Assembly: GCA_000091165.1 (NCBI GenBank) | Contig: FP565575.1 | Coordinates: 1,320,001-1,352,000, forward strand | Length of the DNA: 32,000 nt | Direction of reading: 5' to 3' | Source of the DNA: Candidatus Methylomirabilis oxygeniifera | GTDB lineage: Bacteria; Methylomirabilota; Methylomirabilia; Methylomirabilales; Methylomirabilaceae | In this document: piece by piece, positions 9,640 through 20,709 of the stretch | Numbering within the stretch: the stretch's first letter is position 1 | How the letters are laid out: every line of letters starts with the position of its first letter | Notes under the pieces: model-generated | Databases searched by the model: none | What the model was told of the DNA's origin: nothing | The model's input: the letters and a program-made list of their open reading frames with translations, nothing else | Program-made: the position numbers and the translations under genes

Positions 9640-10410
9640 ATGCACTCAACTTTCCATGATCGTCTCTTCCTGACCCGCTGTACGTACACGATCCTTACCG
9701 GTCTCCTGGTCTGGTCTATGGCGGTAATCGCTCCTCCCGTTGCGTCGGCAACAGAACCGCCACTGGGATTAGCGACCGGATCGAAGGACGTCCAGACGAC
9801 CGTGAACGGCAAACAATGGGCGACACTACCGAACTCATCCACCCCGACACACGAAGGAACCTTGATACGAACCGGAAAGGGGATGGCATCGGTCCTGCTG
9901 AAAGACGGCACGCAGCTTGAACTCCAGCAGCGAACGCTGGTCGAGTTGTCCGGATTGCAGACGGCGCCCATCGTGAAGATTGCGGTCGGCCAAGTCCTCT
10001 TCAGAGTGCCAATGTCATCCCATGCGACATTCGTCACTCCAAGCGTTCACTATCAGACCGAGAATGGCAACACCGGGGATCGTCCGGCTGTTGTAAAAGC
10101 GAAGGCAACCACGGCGTCCGTTGCTGACTCCGTGGGAACGATCGTCGTAAACCTACGCGGGGGGTCCCGCCTAGACTTACAGCAGGGGGAGATACTCGCC
10201 AAGTCACGAAGCGATCCGGGCATCCATATCGTAAAGACGGGTCAAAGCGTCTACATTCCTCTGCTGGGCACTTCCGATCCTGATTTTGGTGTCCTACTTG
10301 CGCAGGCACTCCCCGATGAAGCAGCCGATGAAGCTGATCCTACTACATTCGATACTATTGGCATTGAGACTGAAGGGGTGAGTTGTTCTCCATTGCCAAG
10401 GCGCAAATAG
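9640..10410 (+). CDS. secreted hypothetical protein with a FecR-like beta-rich domain
   Basis: ORF 9595..10410. The ATG at 9640 is preceded by GGAGAAGGAGGG. It has a signal-peptide-like N-terminus (LTGLLVWSMAVIAPPVASA|TEPP). GTLIRTGKGMASVLLKDGTQLELQQRTLVEL resembles the FecR domain pattern. Confidence 0.5.
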   Translation: MHSTFHDRLFLTRCTYTILTGLLVWSMAVIAPPVASATEPPLGLATGSKDVQTTVNGKQWATLPNSSTPTHEGTLIRTGKGMASVLLKDGTQLELQQRTLVELSGLQTAPIVKIAVGQVLFRVPMSSHATFVTPSVHYQTENGNTGDRPAVVKAKATTASVADSVGTIVVNLRGGSRLDLQQGEILAKSRSDPGIHIVKTGQSVYIPLLGTSDPDFGVLLAQALPDEAADEADPTTFDTIGIETEGVSCSPLPRRK

Positions 10411-10427
10411 GGGTTGATTGCTGTGTT

Positions 10428-11078
10428 TCAGCGGCGATGGCGTGATAGCGGAGTGCGAGACTGGAGATCAAGGGAATTCGACACCTGGATGATGTCACGT
10501 GAGGGAAGGATCAGACAGGTCAACTTATTCCCATAGACGCAGGCCGTATCGATGCCGATCCGGTCCTCGTCCATCAGAACTTCTCGCATGGGGGTATGAC
10601 CGAACACAACGGTCTTTGGAAACCGACCTGAATACGCATAGAACTGTTCGCGGATCCACAAGAGGTCGTTGGGGTCTTGTTCCTGCAGTGGAATCCCCGG
10701 CCTGATCCCCGCGTGGACAAAAAAACAGTCCCGCGTCTCATAGTACAGACGCAAGCGGTCCAGAAAACTCAAGTGGGCGGCAGGAATTCGGCCGAGCCCA
10801 CCGTAACTTTCCAATGTGGCGGTCCCGCCGTTATATAGAAATAGAGCTCGCTCTTTTCCCTGAAGAAAATCGAGAAACATTCGCTCATGATTACCCATGA
10901 GGAAGGTATACCGCCCACGGAGGGTCAGCAGATAATCAATGACTTCCTTTGAATCCGATCCCCGATCAACATAATCTCCCAGGAAAATCACCTCATCCGT
11001 CTCTGACAGAGGGAGCTGAGCCATGAGACGGTCCAACGGCTCCAGACAACCGTGAATGTCACCGATCACATAGATCAT
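10428..11078 (-). CDS. PPP-family metallophosphoesterase (Ser/Thr phosphatase or ApaH/PrpE-like)
   Basis: Motifs GDIHG, GDYVDRG and GNHE in canonical order. The ATG at 11076-11078 (MIYVIGDIHG) is preferred, because the longer ORF to 11108 reads into the MITE-like repeat. Confidence 0.8.
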   Translation of the reverse strand: MIYVIGDIHGCLEPLDRLMAQLPLSETDEVIFLGDYVDRGSDSKEVIDYLLTLRGRYTFLMGNHERMFLDFLQGKERALFLYNGGTATLESYGGLGRIPAAHLSFLDRLRLYYETRDCFFVHAGIRPGIPLQEQDPNDLLWIREQFYAYSGRFPKTVVFGHTPMREVLMDEDRIGIDTACVYGNKLTCLILPSRDIIQVSNSLDLQSRTPLSRHRR

Positions 11079-11090
11079 AGCACCGGCCTC

Positions 11091-11200
11091 GTCATTGCGA
11101 GCGACCATCGGGAGCGTGGCAATCTCACCGTTGTTCGCCCACAGAGCCGCACTCTAAATACTGTGAGATTGCTTCGGTCGCTGCACTCCCTCGCAATGAC
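11091..11200. repeat. palindromic MITE-like element, copy A
   Basis: Termini gtcattgcgag ... ctcgcaatgac, inner arms ggcaatctc / gagattgc. It is an inverted copy of 30184-30277, and its arms match that copy's reverse-complemented arms. Confidence 0.8.
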
Positions 11201-11251
11201 CGACTAGGGGGGACTTTCAGGGTAATGATACGGCGTGTCGTTGCGTGTGAG

Positions 11252-11497
11252 TTACTTGTGGCCGATAGCGTCCAGAACGCGAGCGATCTCTTCCTTGACG
11301 TGGGTGTTGATCTTGAGTCGTGCGAGGATATCCGGATGGTGTTCGGCCAGGTACTGAATCATGGCAATGCCATCAAGCGGGGACCCATGGGGCTGGCTAT
11401 CGAGAATCCAATCGCTAAGGGCGTCCTTATGCGACCGGCGTGTGCCCGGATCACTATATAAAATATCTAAAATGTCCTGAGCTAATGACTTACTCAT
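11252..11497 (-). CDS. small hypothetical protein (~81 aa)
   Basis: ORF 11252..11554. The ATG at 11495-11497 (MSKSLAQDIL...) is chosen as the first Met. I recognise no motif. Confidence 0.35.
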   Translation of the reverse strand: MSKSLAQDILDILYSDPGTRRSHKDALSDWILDSQPHGSPLDGIAMIQYLAEHHPDILARLKINTHVKEEIARVLDAIGHK

Positions 11498-11597
11498 TCC
11501 CACACCTTTATGCCGGGTTCCACCTGTAATATAACACTTCGTCACGTACTCCACAAGAGAGAAACCTTACGAAGCCCAAAGAAACGATCGCGCCGTA

Positions 11598-12374
11598 TCA
11601 CAACGGGATAAGTGTCGTATACCATAGGAATCGCCCCAGGAACTCCCCGATTGTGCCGGTGAGAATCGCGATGTAGAAGAAACCGGTTGCGGACTGGACG
11701 TTTGGGATGCGCAAGGTATCCCAGATGACACACGCTACGACGAACGAGCCAAGAATCCCGACAACCACACGACCAAGAAAAACCGCCAGGTATGAGGTCG
11801 AGAGAAGCTCGATCCTCGCCATAGCTTCGTCCCCGCCAGACAGGTAGAGCGATCCTAGATTCACGGTCAGGCACAGGCCCTGCAGCGCGGTGGACAGTAT
11901 AAAGAGAATAGCCAGGCGGCGGATCAATGCTACTGGCAGCTTAGGATCCCTGAGATAATGGTGCCCGAGTAACATGCCGATTAAGGCTGAGCCCAGGAGG
12001 ACGGCTGACGTGAGGGTGGTGACGACCTTGGCGGCTATCTCAGGTAAGACGAATAATTCTTTCGCAAGCAGCAGCGACGGGATAAGCATTCCAACCACTC
12101 CGACCGCCAGGCTCAACCACAGCATCCGCCTCGGCCATCGCCCATCCTGAATCCAGAGAGACCCCGCATACAGCAGGAGCAGAACGAAAAAGACCATTGA
12201 GGCTGGTGTTGGACTGACCCAGATCCCCACGCCGAGCACGCTCACCAGGGTCAGGACGCAGGTCTGGAGAAAGCTCCGCCTGATCAGGGGCGAATGCAGG
12301 AGGCTCAGGCAGAACAGGCTTCCGACTGCCAACTCTTGCACCGCCTGAAATGCCGGAAGGGCGAGCTGTGTCAT
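11598..12374 (-). CDS. polytopic integral membrane protein, unknown function
   Basis: 258 aa with about 7-8 hydrophobic segments. Its start overlaps the upstream peptidase stop (ATGA at 12374), implying co-translation. Confidence 0.55.
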   Translation of the reverse strand: MTQLALPAFQAVQELAVGSLFCLSLLHSPLIRRSFLQTCVLTLVSVLGVGIWVSPTPASMVFFVLLLLYAGSLWIQDGRWPRRMLWLSLAVGVVGMLIPSLLLAKELFVLPEIAAKVVTTLTSAVLLGSALIGMLLGHHYLRDPKLPVALIRRLAILFILSTALQGLCLTVNLGSLYLSGGDEAMARIELLSTSYLAVFLGRVVVGILGSFVVACVIWDTLRIPNVQSATGFFYIAILTGTIGEFLGRFLWYTTLIPL

Positions 12375-13528
12375 CAGTCGATCTCAAGCTCGCCGATCCC
12401 TTTCGGGAAGGTGGTCAGATTCCGGCACCCAGCCCCCGTAACAACCACGAGATCTTCAATCCGAACAGCCCCTGCATCCGGATAATAGAGCCCCGGCTCA
12501 ACGGTGACCACATGGCCGGTTCGTAGGACCGCGCCCGTCTTATTGATACGAGGAGGTTCATGGATGTCGAGGCCAATCCCGTGACCGGTGCCGTGGAAAA
12601 ACCCTTGCATCCGACCGCCGACCATACCGGTCGTGAAGCCGTCTTTTTCCAGCACCGCATTCACTTCGGCGTGAATGATCTTTCCGTCGGCTCCATCCCT
12701 GATCAACTCTATCCCGCGTTCCTGGGCGTTGAGAACCGCCCCGTACATAGCCCGAAGTTTCGGTGATGCCTTCCCCTTCACCACAGTTCGGCTCATGTCG
12801 GCAAAGTAGCGGCTTCGTTCGGACCTTGGGAAGAGATCGATCACAATCGATTCGTGTACCCTAATAGGCCCGGTCCCGTGATGGTGGGGATCGACCCCTT
12901 GCAGGCCTGGCGCCACAATCGTGTATTGGGCCACGCATTCTCGTTCCATCAACGTCACGTGCATGATCTTCTTCAGCATCTCGGCGGTCAACAACTCACC
13001 GTCGAGATACAGGAATCCGCTACTTTCCACCTTGGCTGCCCGAATCGCCGAGATCGCCGCGTCCACAGCTTCTTCGGTGGCGCGCTGGGTCGCGGTAATT
13101 GCCTCAACCTCTTCTTCGTTTTTCATCAGCCGCGTTTCGAAGAACGGCTCACGTCTTACCGCGACGGTGTAGCCCCTTGCCCGCAGGCCATCAGCGTACT
13201 CGATGCCGAAGTTACCCGGAACCAGCAGATGGTGAGCGCCTCGCTCTCGCAGCACGAGGTCCAGGACATCCAGCGCGGACGGTGCATCGACGCCCTTTTC
13301 CCTCGCCCTGCGCTCATACGCGCTATAGGATAGTACCGTATCTACTCTCGCCTGGCTCCTGGCCCGGTCCATCTCCAGGTCACTCATCACGGCGATCTTC
13401 TCTGCGCCCGCCTGGATGAAGATAAATGGGTCCGGTGCGGCAAACCGAGTCGCATAGTACAGGTTCGCATCGATCTCGCTGGTTGAGATCATGACCAACG
13501 CATCAGATCCGGTCAGCTCCTCCATCAC
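12374..13528 (-). CDS. M24-family Xaa-Pro peptidase (aminopeptidase P / prolidase type)
   Basis: Creatinase-like N-terminal domain plus a pita-bread domain, with HGTGHGIGLDIHEPP and VVTVEPGLY motifs. Confidence 0.85.
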   Translation of the reverse strand: MMEELTGSDALVMISTSEIDANLYYATRFAAPDPFIFIQAGAEKIAVMSDLEMDRARSQARVDTVLSYSAYERRAREKGVDAPSALDVLDLVLRERGAHHLLVPGNFGIEYADGLRARGYTVAVRREPFFETRLMKNEEEVEAITATQRATEEAVDAAISAIRAAKVESSGFLYLDGELLTAEMLKKIMHVTLMERECVAQYTIVAPGLQGVDPHHHGTGPIRVHESIVIDLFPRSERSRYFADMSRTVVKGKASPKLRAMYGAVLNAQERGIELIRDGADGKIIHAEVNAVLEKDGFTTGMVGGRMQGFFHGTGHGIGLDIHEPPRINKTGAVLRTGHVVTVEPGLYYPDAGAVRIEDLVVVTGAGCRNLTTFPKGIGELEID

Positions 13529-13538
13529 ACACGCCTCT

Positions 13539-13811
13539 TCAATCAGCCAGGATCACTTTGCCCATCCCGATCGCGGCCAGCAGCCCCACCGTCCACACCC
13601 AGGGGAACGCGCCGGTATAGTACCAGGCCACAACCGGATAGGCCACAAGTGAGAGTGGCAGCACCGCCATGGCCCCGAGCATTCCCCTGATCCCCCATAC
13701 ATCACGATAGCCGGCCAGCATAAAGGCAAAGAGGACAAGCAGCAGCCCCACCCAGGCGAAGCCATAACAGCCCCCCCAGAAGGTTGGGCCCTTCGATCTT
13801 GCACTCGTCAT
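13539..13811 (-). CDS. small membrane protein (~90 aa, 3 predicted TM)
   Basis: Hydrophobic ORF with spacing to its neighbours consistent with an operon. No family recognised. Confidence 0.4.
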   Translation of the reverse strand: MTSARSKGPTFWGGCYGFAWVGLLLVLFAFMLAGYRDVWGIRGMLGAMAVLPLSLVAYPVVAWYYTGAFPWVWTVGLLAAIGMGKVILAD

Positions 13812-13845
13812 GTGCGCAATAAAGCCTTCCTCGCGTCAGGATAGC

Positions 13846-16619
<2,774 letters not shown>

Positions 16620-16640
16620 TTCGAGTTCCTTCAATAATAG

Positions 16641-16710
16641 CGTTCAGCGATCAGCATTCAGCGATTAGCTCCTTGCCCTCCCCCCTAACCCCTCACACCT
16701 CACGGCTCAT
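16641..16710. repeat. ten phased heptamers: 4 x cNNtcag, then ~5 x ccctNac
   Basis: cgttcag|cgatcag|cattcag|cgattag|ctccttg|ccctccc|ccctaac|ccctcac|acctcac|ggctcat. This fills nearly the whole rtcB-rmuC spacer. Confidence 0.7.
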
Positions 16711-16715
16711 AGTCG

Positions 16716-18164
16716 TCACCCCTTGATCACGCCCATGGGGCGGAGTCGGGCGACCATCCTGGAGAGGCCGGCGCGGTGCACAACCGTCACCACTTGAGTC
16801 GCATCCTTATACGCCTCGGGCATCTCCTCTGCCAACGATTCGCCGCCAGACGCCATGACAATAATCCCCTGGTTCTCCAGCTCCCGATGAATGGCCCGAC
16901 CCTTAGCCGCTCTAATAGCGGCATGACGGCTCATCACCCTGCCGGCGCCGTGACAGGTGCTCCCGAAGGTCTGCTCCATAGCGCCCGTTCCCACCAGCAC
17001 AAATGAGGCGCGGCCCATGTCGCCCGGGATCAGCACAGGTTGACCGATGGCCCGGTAGTGAGCCGGTAGCTCCGGGTGCCCGGGCGGAAACGCTCGGGTC
17101 GCTCCTTTGCGATGAACCGCCAGCTTCATCCGTCTGCCGTCAACCTCGTGCTCCTCTACCTTGACGATGTTGTGGGCCACATCATAGACCGTTGACAACC
17201 CTAATGCTCCGGGCGAGACACCCAGGACCTTCAGTAACACCTCCTTGGTCCAGTGGGCCAAACATTGGCGATTATTCCAGGCAAAGTTAGCGGCGGCCCG
17301 CATCGCGCCCAGGTATGCCTTGGCCTCGCGCGACGTCCAAGGCGTGCAGGCGAGCTGTCGGTCTGGGAGATCGATCCCATACTTGATGACCGCCCGCTCC
17401 ATCTCGACTAGAGAATCTGTGCAGACCTGATGCCCCAAACCTCGAGAGCCGGTATGAATCATCACCGTCACCTGACCTTCAAACAGGCCGAGGACCTCGG
17501 CAGCGTGTGGATCGTAAATCTCGGCGACCGTCTGGACCTCCAGAAAATGATTGCCTGAGCCCAACGTTCCAAGCTGACTGCTTCCCCGCTCAAGGGCCTT
17601 ATGGCTCACAGCATCCGGGTCCGCACCCGGAAGACACCCACCGGATTCGATACAGGCGAGATCTGCCGGCTCTCCGTACCCCTGCTTAACCGCCCATGCT
17701 GCGCCCTTGAGCAGCGGCGCTTCCGCCTCTTTTTTGCTCAGGCGAATCCGGCCGCGCGAGCCGACTCCTGTCGGAATTTCATGAAAGAGGGCGAGGACCA
17801 GTTCCTTCAGCCTTGGCCGCACCTCCTCCTGAGTCAGCTCCGTGCGAAGCAATCGGACCCCGCAGTTGATATCGTACCCGACTGCGCCTGGAGACACGAC
17901 GCCATCCGTAATATCGGTGGCAACCACTCCACCGACCGGCAGACCGTATCCCTGATGGATGTCCGGCATGGCGAATGAGGCCTTGACGATCCCCGGCAGG
18001 AAGGCGCCATTCGCCACCTGTTCCAGGGAGAGATCCTTCATGATCGCCTCCATCAGGACCTCATCGGCATAGATGATTCCTGGAACCCGCATCCCCGGTT
18101 TGTAGTCTTGCGGGAGCAGCCATCGATAGTCGTCAAGTTTTTGTACAACCTTACTCATACCCAA
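16716..18164 (-). CDS. rtcB: RNA-splicing ligase RtcB (3'-phosphate/5'-OH RNA ligase)
   Basis: GYDINCGVR, GSGNHFLEVQ, HTGSRGLGH and CHGAGR motifs. Confidence 0.9.
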   Translation of the reverse strand: MGMSKVVQKLDDYRWLLPQDYKPGMRVPGIIYADEVLMEAIMKDLSLEQVANGAFLPGIVKASFAMPDIHQGYGLPVGGVVATDITDGVVSPGAVGYDINCGVRLLRTELTQEEVRPRLKELVLALFHEIPTGVGSRGRIRLSKKEAEAPLLKGAAWAVKQGYGEPADLACIESGGCLPGADPDAVSHKALERGSSQLGTLGSGNHFLEVQTVAEIYDPHAAEVLGLFEGQVTVMIHTGSRGLGHQVCTDSLVEMERAVIKYGIDLPDRQLACTPWTSREAKAYLGAMRAAANFAWNNRQCLAHWTKEVLLKVLGVSPGALGLSTVYDVAHNIVKVEEHEVDGRRMKLAVHRKGATRAFPPGHPELPAHYRAIGQPVLIPGDMGRASFVLVGTGAMEQTFGSTCHGAGRVMSRHAAIRAAKGRAIHRELENQGIIVMASGGESLAEEMPEAYKDATQVVTVVHRAGLSRMVARLRPMGVIKG

Positions 18165-18176
18165 CCTATAAGGAGA

Positions 18177-19250
18177 TTACTCTAAAAGCTGATACCGTGT
18201 GTTGCGACGCTTCGGAACTAAGCCCGCATCCCGGATGTTTCGCCGAATTTCTTCAAACGACATCAGTTGCTGGGTGACGGCAGTCCGCACAACATTCTCT
18301 TCGAGGACGGTACTCCCGAAATCGTTCACGCCGTACTGCAGCGAGAGCTGTCCGATTTTCGGGCCCATCGTCAGCCAGGCAGCCTGGATATGCCGCACAT
18401 TGTCCAGCATGATCCTTGAGACGGCTACGGTCCGAAGATAGCCGTAGCCGCTTCCCCCAGTCCCTCCGAGCGCATCACCATTGGGTTGATAGCTCCAGGG
18501 AATAAAGGCCGTAAAACCACCGGTGTGATCTTGTAACTCTCGAATTCGGATGAGGTGTTCAACACGCTGGGCCGGCGTCTCACCTACCCCGTACATCATC
18601 GTAGCCGTACTGGGTATACCGAGTCCGTGGGCGATCTGCATGAGGTTCAGCCAATCTGACGCGCTCTCCTTCAATGGCGAGACCCGCTGCCTTACCTCAT
18701 CAACCAACAATTCTGCTCCAGCTCCCGGAATCGAATCGAGGCCCGCCGCCTTAAGACGCTTCAACGTATCCTTGAGGGATATCTTAGAACTATCTGAAAT
18801 ATAGCTGATTTCCACGGTAGATAGCGCGTGCAGATGAACCGGATAGCGGGCCTTGATTGAGGCGAGCAGATCCTCGTAATAGTCGATCTTCAAGCTGGGA
18901 TTCAGTCCCCCTTGCAGCAAAACCTCTGTCCCGCCAAGCTCGATCAGCTCCTCGATTTTCTGAAAGATCTCCTCCCTGGACAGGAGATAGGCTTCCGGAG
19001 AGGTCGGCAGTCGATAGAAGGCACAGAACGAACATTGGACCCAGCAGATATTCGTATAATTCACGGTGCGGCCGATGACATAGGTCACGATCGGCTCCGG
19101 ATGCAAGCGCCAGCGTATCCGGTCGGCCATAGCGGAGAGCTCGAGCAACGTCGCCCGTTCGAAGAGCTCGACCCCTTCATCGAAGGTAAGCCGCTCTCCC
19201 GCCTCGACCTTCTCCGCAATCGCCTCAACCTTGCCGTTCAATTCAGCCAT
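18177..19250 (-). CDS. mqnC: radical-SAM cyclic dehypoxanthinyl futalosine synthase (futalosine menaquinone pathway)
   Basis: NYTNIC...C.FCAFYR cluster motif, LLQGGLNP, ATMMYG, GGFTAFIPWSYQ. The LLQGG / FIPW pattern fits MqnC rather than MqnE, from memory of family consensus. Confidence 0.7.
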   Translation of the reverse strand: MAELNGKVEAIAEKVEAGERLTFDEGVELFERATLLELSAMADRIRWRLHPEPIVTYVIGRTVNYTNICWVQCSFCAFYRLPTSPEAYLLSREEIFQKIEELIELGGTEVLLQGGLNPSLKIDYYEDLLASIKARYPVHLHALSTVEISYISDSSKISLKDTLKRLKAAGLDSIPGAGAELLVDEVRQRVSPLKESASDWLNLMQIAHGLGIPSTATMMYGVGETPAQRVEHLIRIRELQDHTGGFTAFIPWSYQPNGDALGGTGGSGYGYLRTVAVSRIMLDNVRHIQAAWLTMGPKIGQLSLQYGVNDFGSTVLEENVVRTAVTQQLMSFEEIRRNIRDAGLVPKRRNTRYQLLE

Positions 19251-19342
19251 ACCTAAGATTCCTCGACCTCACTATGATCTAGTGTTTCATTACGAAAGTC
19301 CGTGCACATAGGATCGGGGTGGCGGTCGGATGTAGCGTGCAG

Positions 19343-19663
19343 TCAGGCCCCGACGTGTACGACCTGGCCAGGTCGGATCGTGTCGAGAACACGCAGCACA
19401 TCGAGCATCTTTGGTCGCAGGTCGTTAATGTCGTTGCTCGGCGCCCTGACAATCACCAGCGCCAGATCAAGCCCCTGAAAGTTCTGTTGATGTGGGATGC
19501 TTTGGTCTACGGTCAGAAGCACGTCGAACGCACCAGCCGCAAGACTGAGGAGGGCGCCATTTTTCGTGCCGGACCAATCCATCTCAGCCACCGTCTTCAC
19601 ATCATGCCCGGCTAACTCACTTCGAAGCTTGCGGGGGACACACTCGTCAAGCAGCACGCGCAC
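19343..19663 (-). CDS. DUF5615-family PIN-like putative toxin
   Basis: MRVLLDECVPRKL...GHDV...D..LL..A......LLT.D pattern. It overlaps the upstream DUF433 gene by 17 nt. Confidence 0.6.
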   Translation of the reverse strand: MRVLLDECVPRKLRSELAGHDVKTVAEMDWSGTKNGALLSLAAGAFDVLLTVDQSIPHQQNFQGLDLALVIVRAPSNDINDLRPKMLDVLRVLDTIRPGQVVHVGA

Positions 19664-19874
19664 TGGAACCGACCAACGACTGGATGCCCTCTTCCAGCAC
19701 AGCCACCGCTTGCTCCCGAGTCACCGTCGGGAAGTCGTCGAGAAAGTCGTCCAGTCGATGTCCGCCCTCCAGGTAGTCCAGAAGCGCTTTCACAGGCACG
19801 CGAGTTCCAACGAAGACGGGCGTCCCTCCGAGTATCTCAGGATCACTGTGAACAACGATACGTCTCTGAGACAT
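19647..19874 (-). CDS. DUF433-family putative antitoxin
   Basis: I..DPEILGG.PV..GTR.PV..LL.YL..G......L.DFP.....Q pattern. GGAGG Shine-Dalgarno before the ATG. Confidence 0.65.
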   Translation of the reverse strand: MSQRRIVVHSDPEILGGTPVFVGTRVPVKALLDYLEGGHRLDDFLDDFPTVTREQAVAVLEEGIQSLVGSSARAA

Positions 19875-20006
19875 GATATATCCTCCAACGATTCACAACG
19901 AACTTGCTCGTCATCTCCCACGTATAGCCAATTTGACACCTTTCCCTCGAGTCGTCAAGTCGGCAAGCCGTAGGGAAGGAACTCTATTGGGAATGAACAA
20001 CCTTGC

Positions 20007-20155
20007 AGCAAGCTGCGGGGTATCGTCTTCTATTCTGGCCCGTCATTCCGTGCCTGACACGGAATCCGGATGGGCCCCCTGGACTCCGGCTTCCGCCGGG
20101 GTGACGAATACGCGGCAAGCCGCGGGGAATGAACCCCGGTAGATTCAACCAATGA
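20007..20155. repeat. mosaic interspersed repeat, copy 2 (inverted relative to 7326-7531)
   Basis: See copy 1. Hairpin modules are attccgtg-cctga-cacggaat, ccggc-ttc-gccgg and cgcggc-aa-gccgcg. Confidence 0.8.
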
Positions 20156-20228
20156 CAGTCGATTGCAACCTGGCACGTTACGTGGCGTTACATTCCTCCC
20201 GTGGCAATCAATCCTGTGAGGTGTCGCT

Positions 20229-20516
20229 ATGAAGATGCACAATCCGCCCCATCCGGGTGAGGTGCTCCGCGAGTTCTGCTTTCAGCCACTCGGTTTGACC
20301 GTAACCGAAGCGGCCAACGCGCTCGGGGTCAGTCGCAAGACGCTCTCGAGTATCCTGAACTGCCGCGCCGGCATTAGCCCGGAGATGGCGGTCCGTCTGT
20401 CGATCGCCTTCGGCACCACTGCGGAGAGCTGGCTCAGCCAGCAGCTCCAGTTCGATCTGGCAAAGGCAGAGACCAAGCGCCGGTCGCTCCGCGTCAAGAA
20501 GCTCGCGGCCGCTTGA
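20229..20516 (+). CDS. higA: HigA-family antitoxin (XRE-type HTH)
   Basis: HPGE.L.E.....GL....AA..LGVSR..LS.I.N.R..IS.EMA.RL...FGT..E.WL..Q is the textbook HigA/VapI pattern. Confidence 0.8.
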   Translation: MKMHNPPHPGEVLREFCFQPLGLTVTEAANALGVSRKTLSSILNCRAGISPEMAVRLSIAFGTTAESWLSQQLQFDLAKAETKRRSLRVKKLAAA

Positions 20517-20709
20517 CTCCCCTTGAGGGCTAATCGAGCGTCGGATAGAAAGCGGGTGGCGCCTCAACCTTGGAACCGTCTACCACCCTATAACGGGAGC
20601 GGACCGTCGGATTCATTGCCTGATTCGACTATTTCAGATCTGCTTAGGCTATACCACGATGGCTTTGCCGGCAGCCTTGTTGTCAAGACCGACTTGGAAC
20701 ATCAGTATC

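Noticed and set aside
10428-11108. Longer start for the phosphatase (MVARNDEAGAMIYVIGD...), and likewise for lipB (29422-30213, MLRRYAPRNDAFV...)
   Set aside because: The extra codons are encoded by the two copies of the MITE-like repeat, giving the same ARND peptide at both. Canonical family N-termini begin at the internal starts.
20160-20231. Possible 3' remnant of higB just upstream of higA
   Set aside because: The translation (..[19 protein letters not shown]) shows at best a vague G-N...E-V resemblance to HigB C-termini. That is not enough to call a pseudogene.
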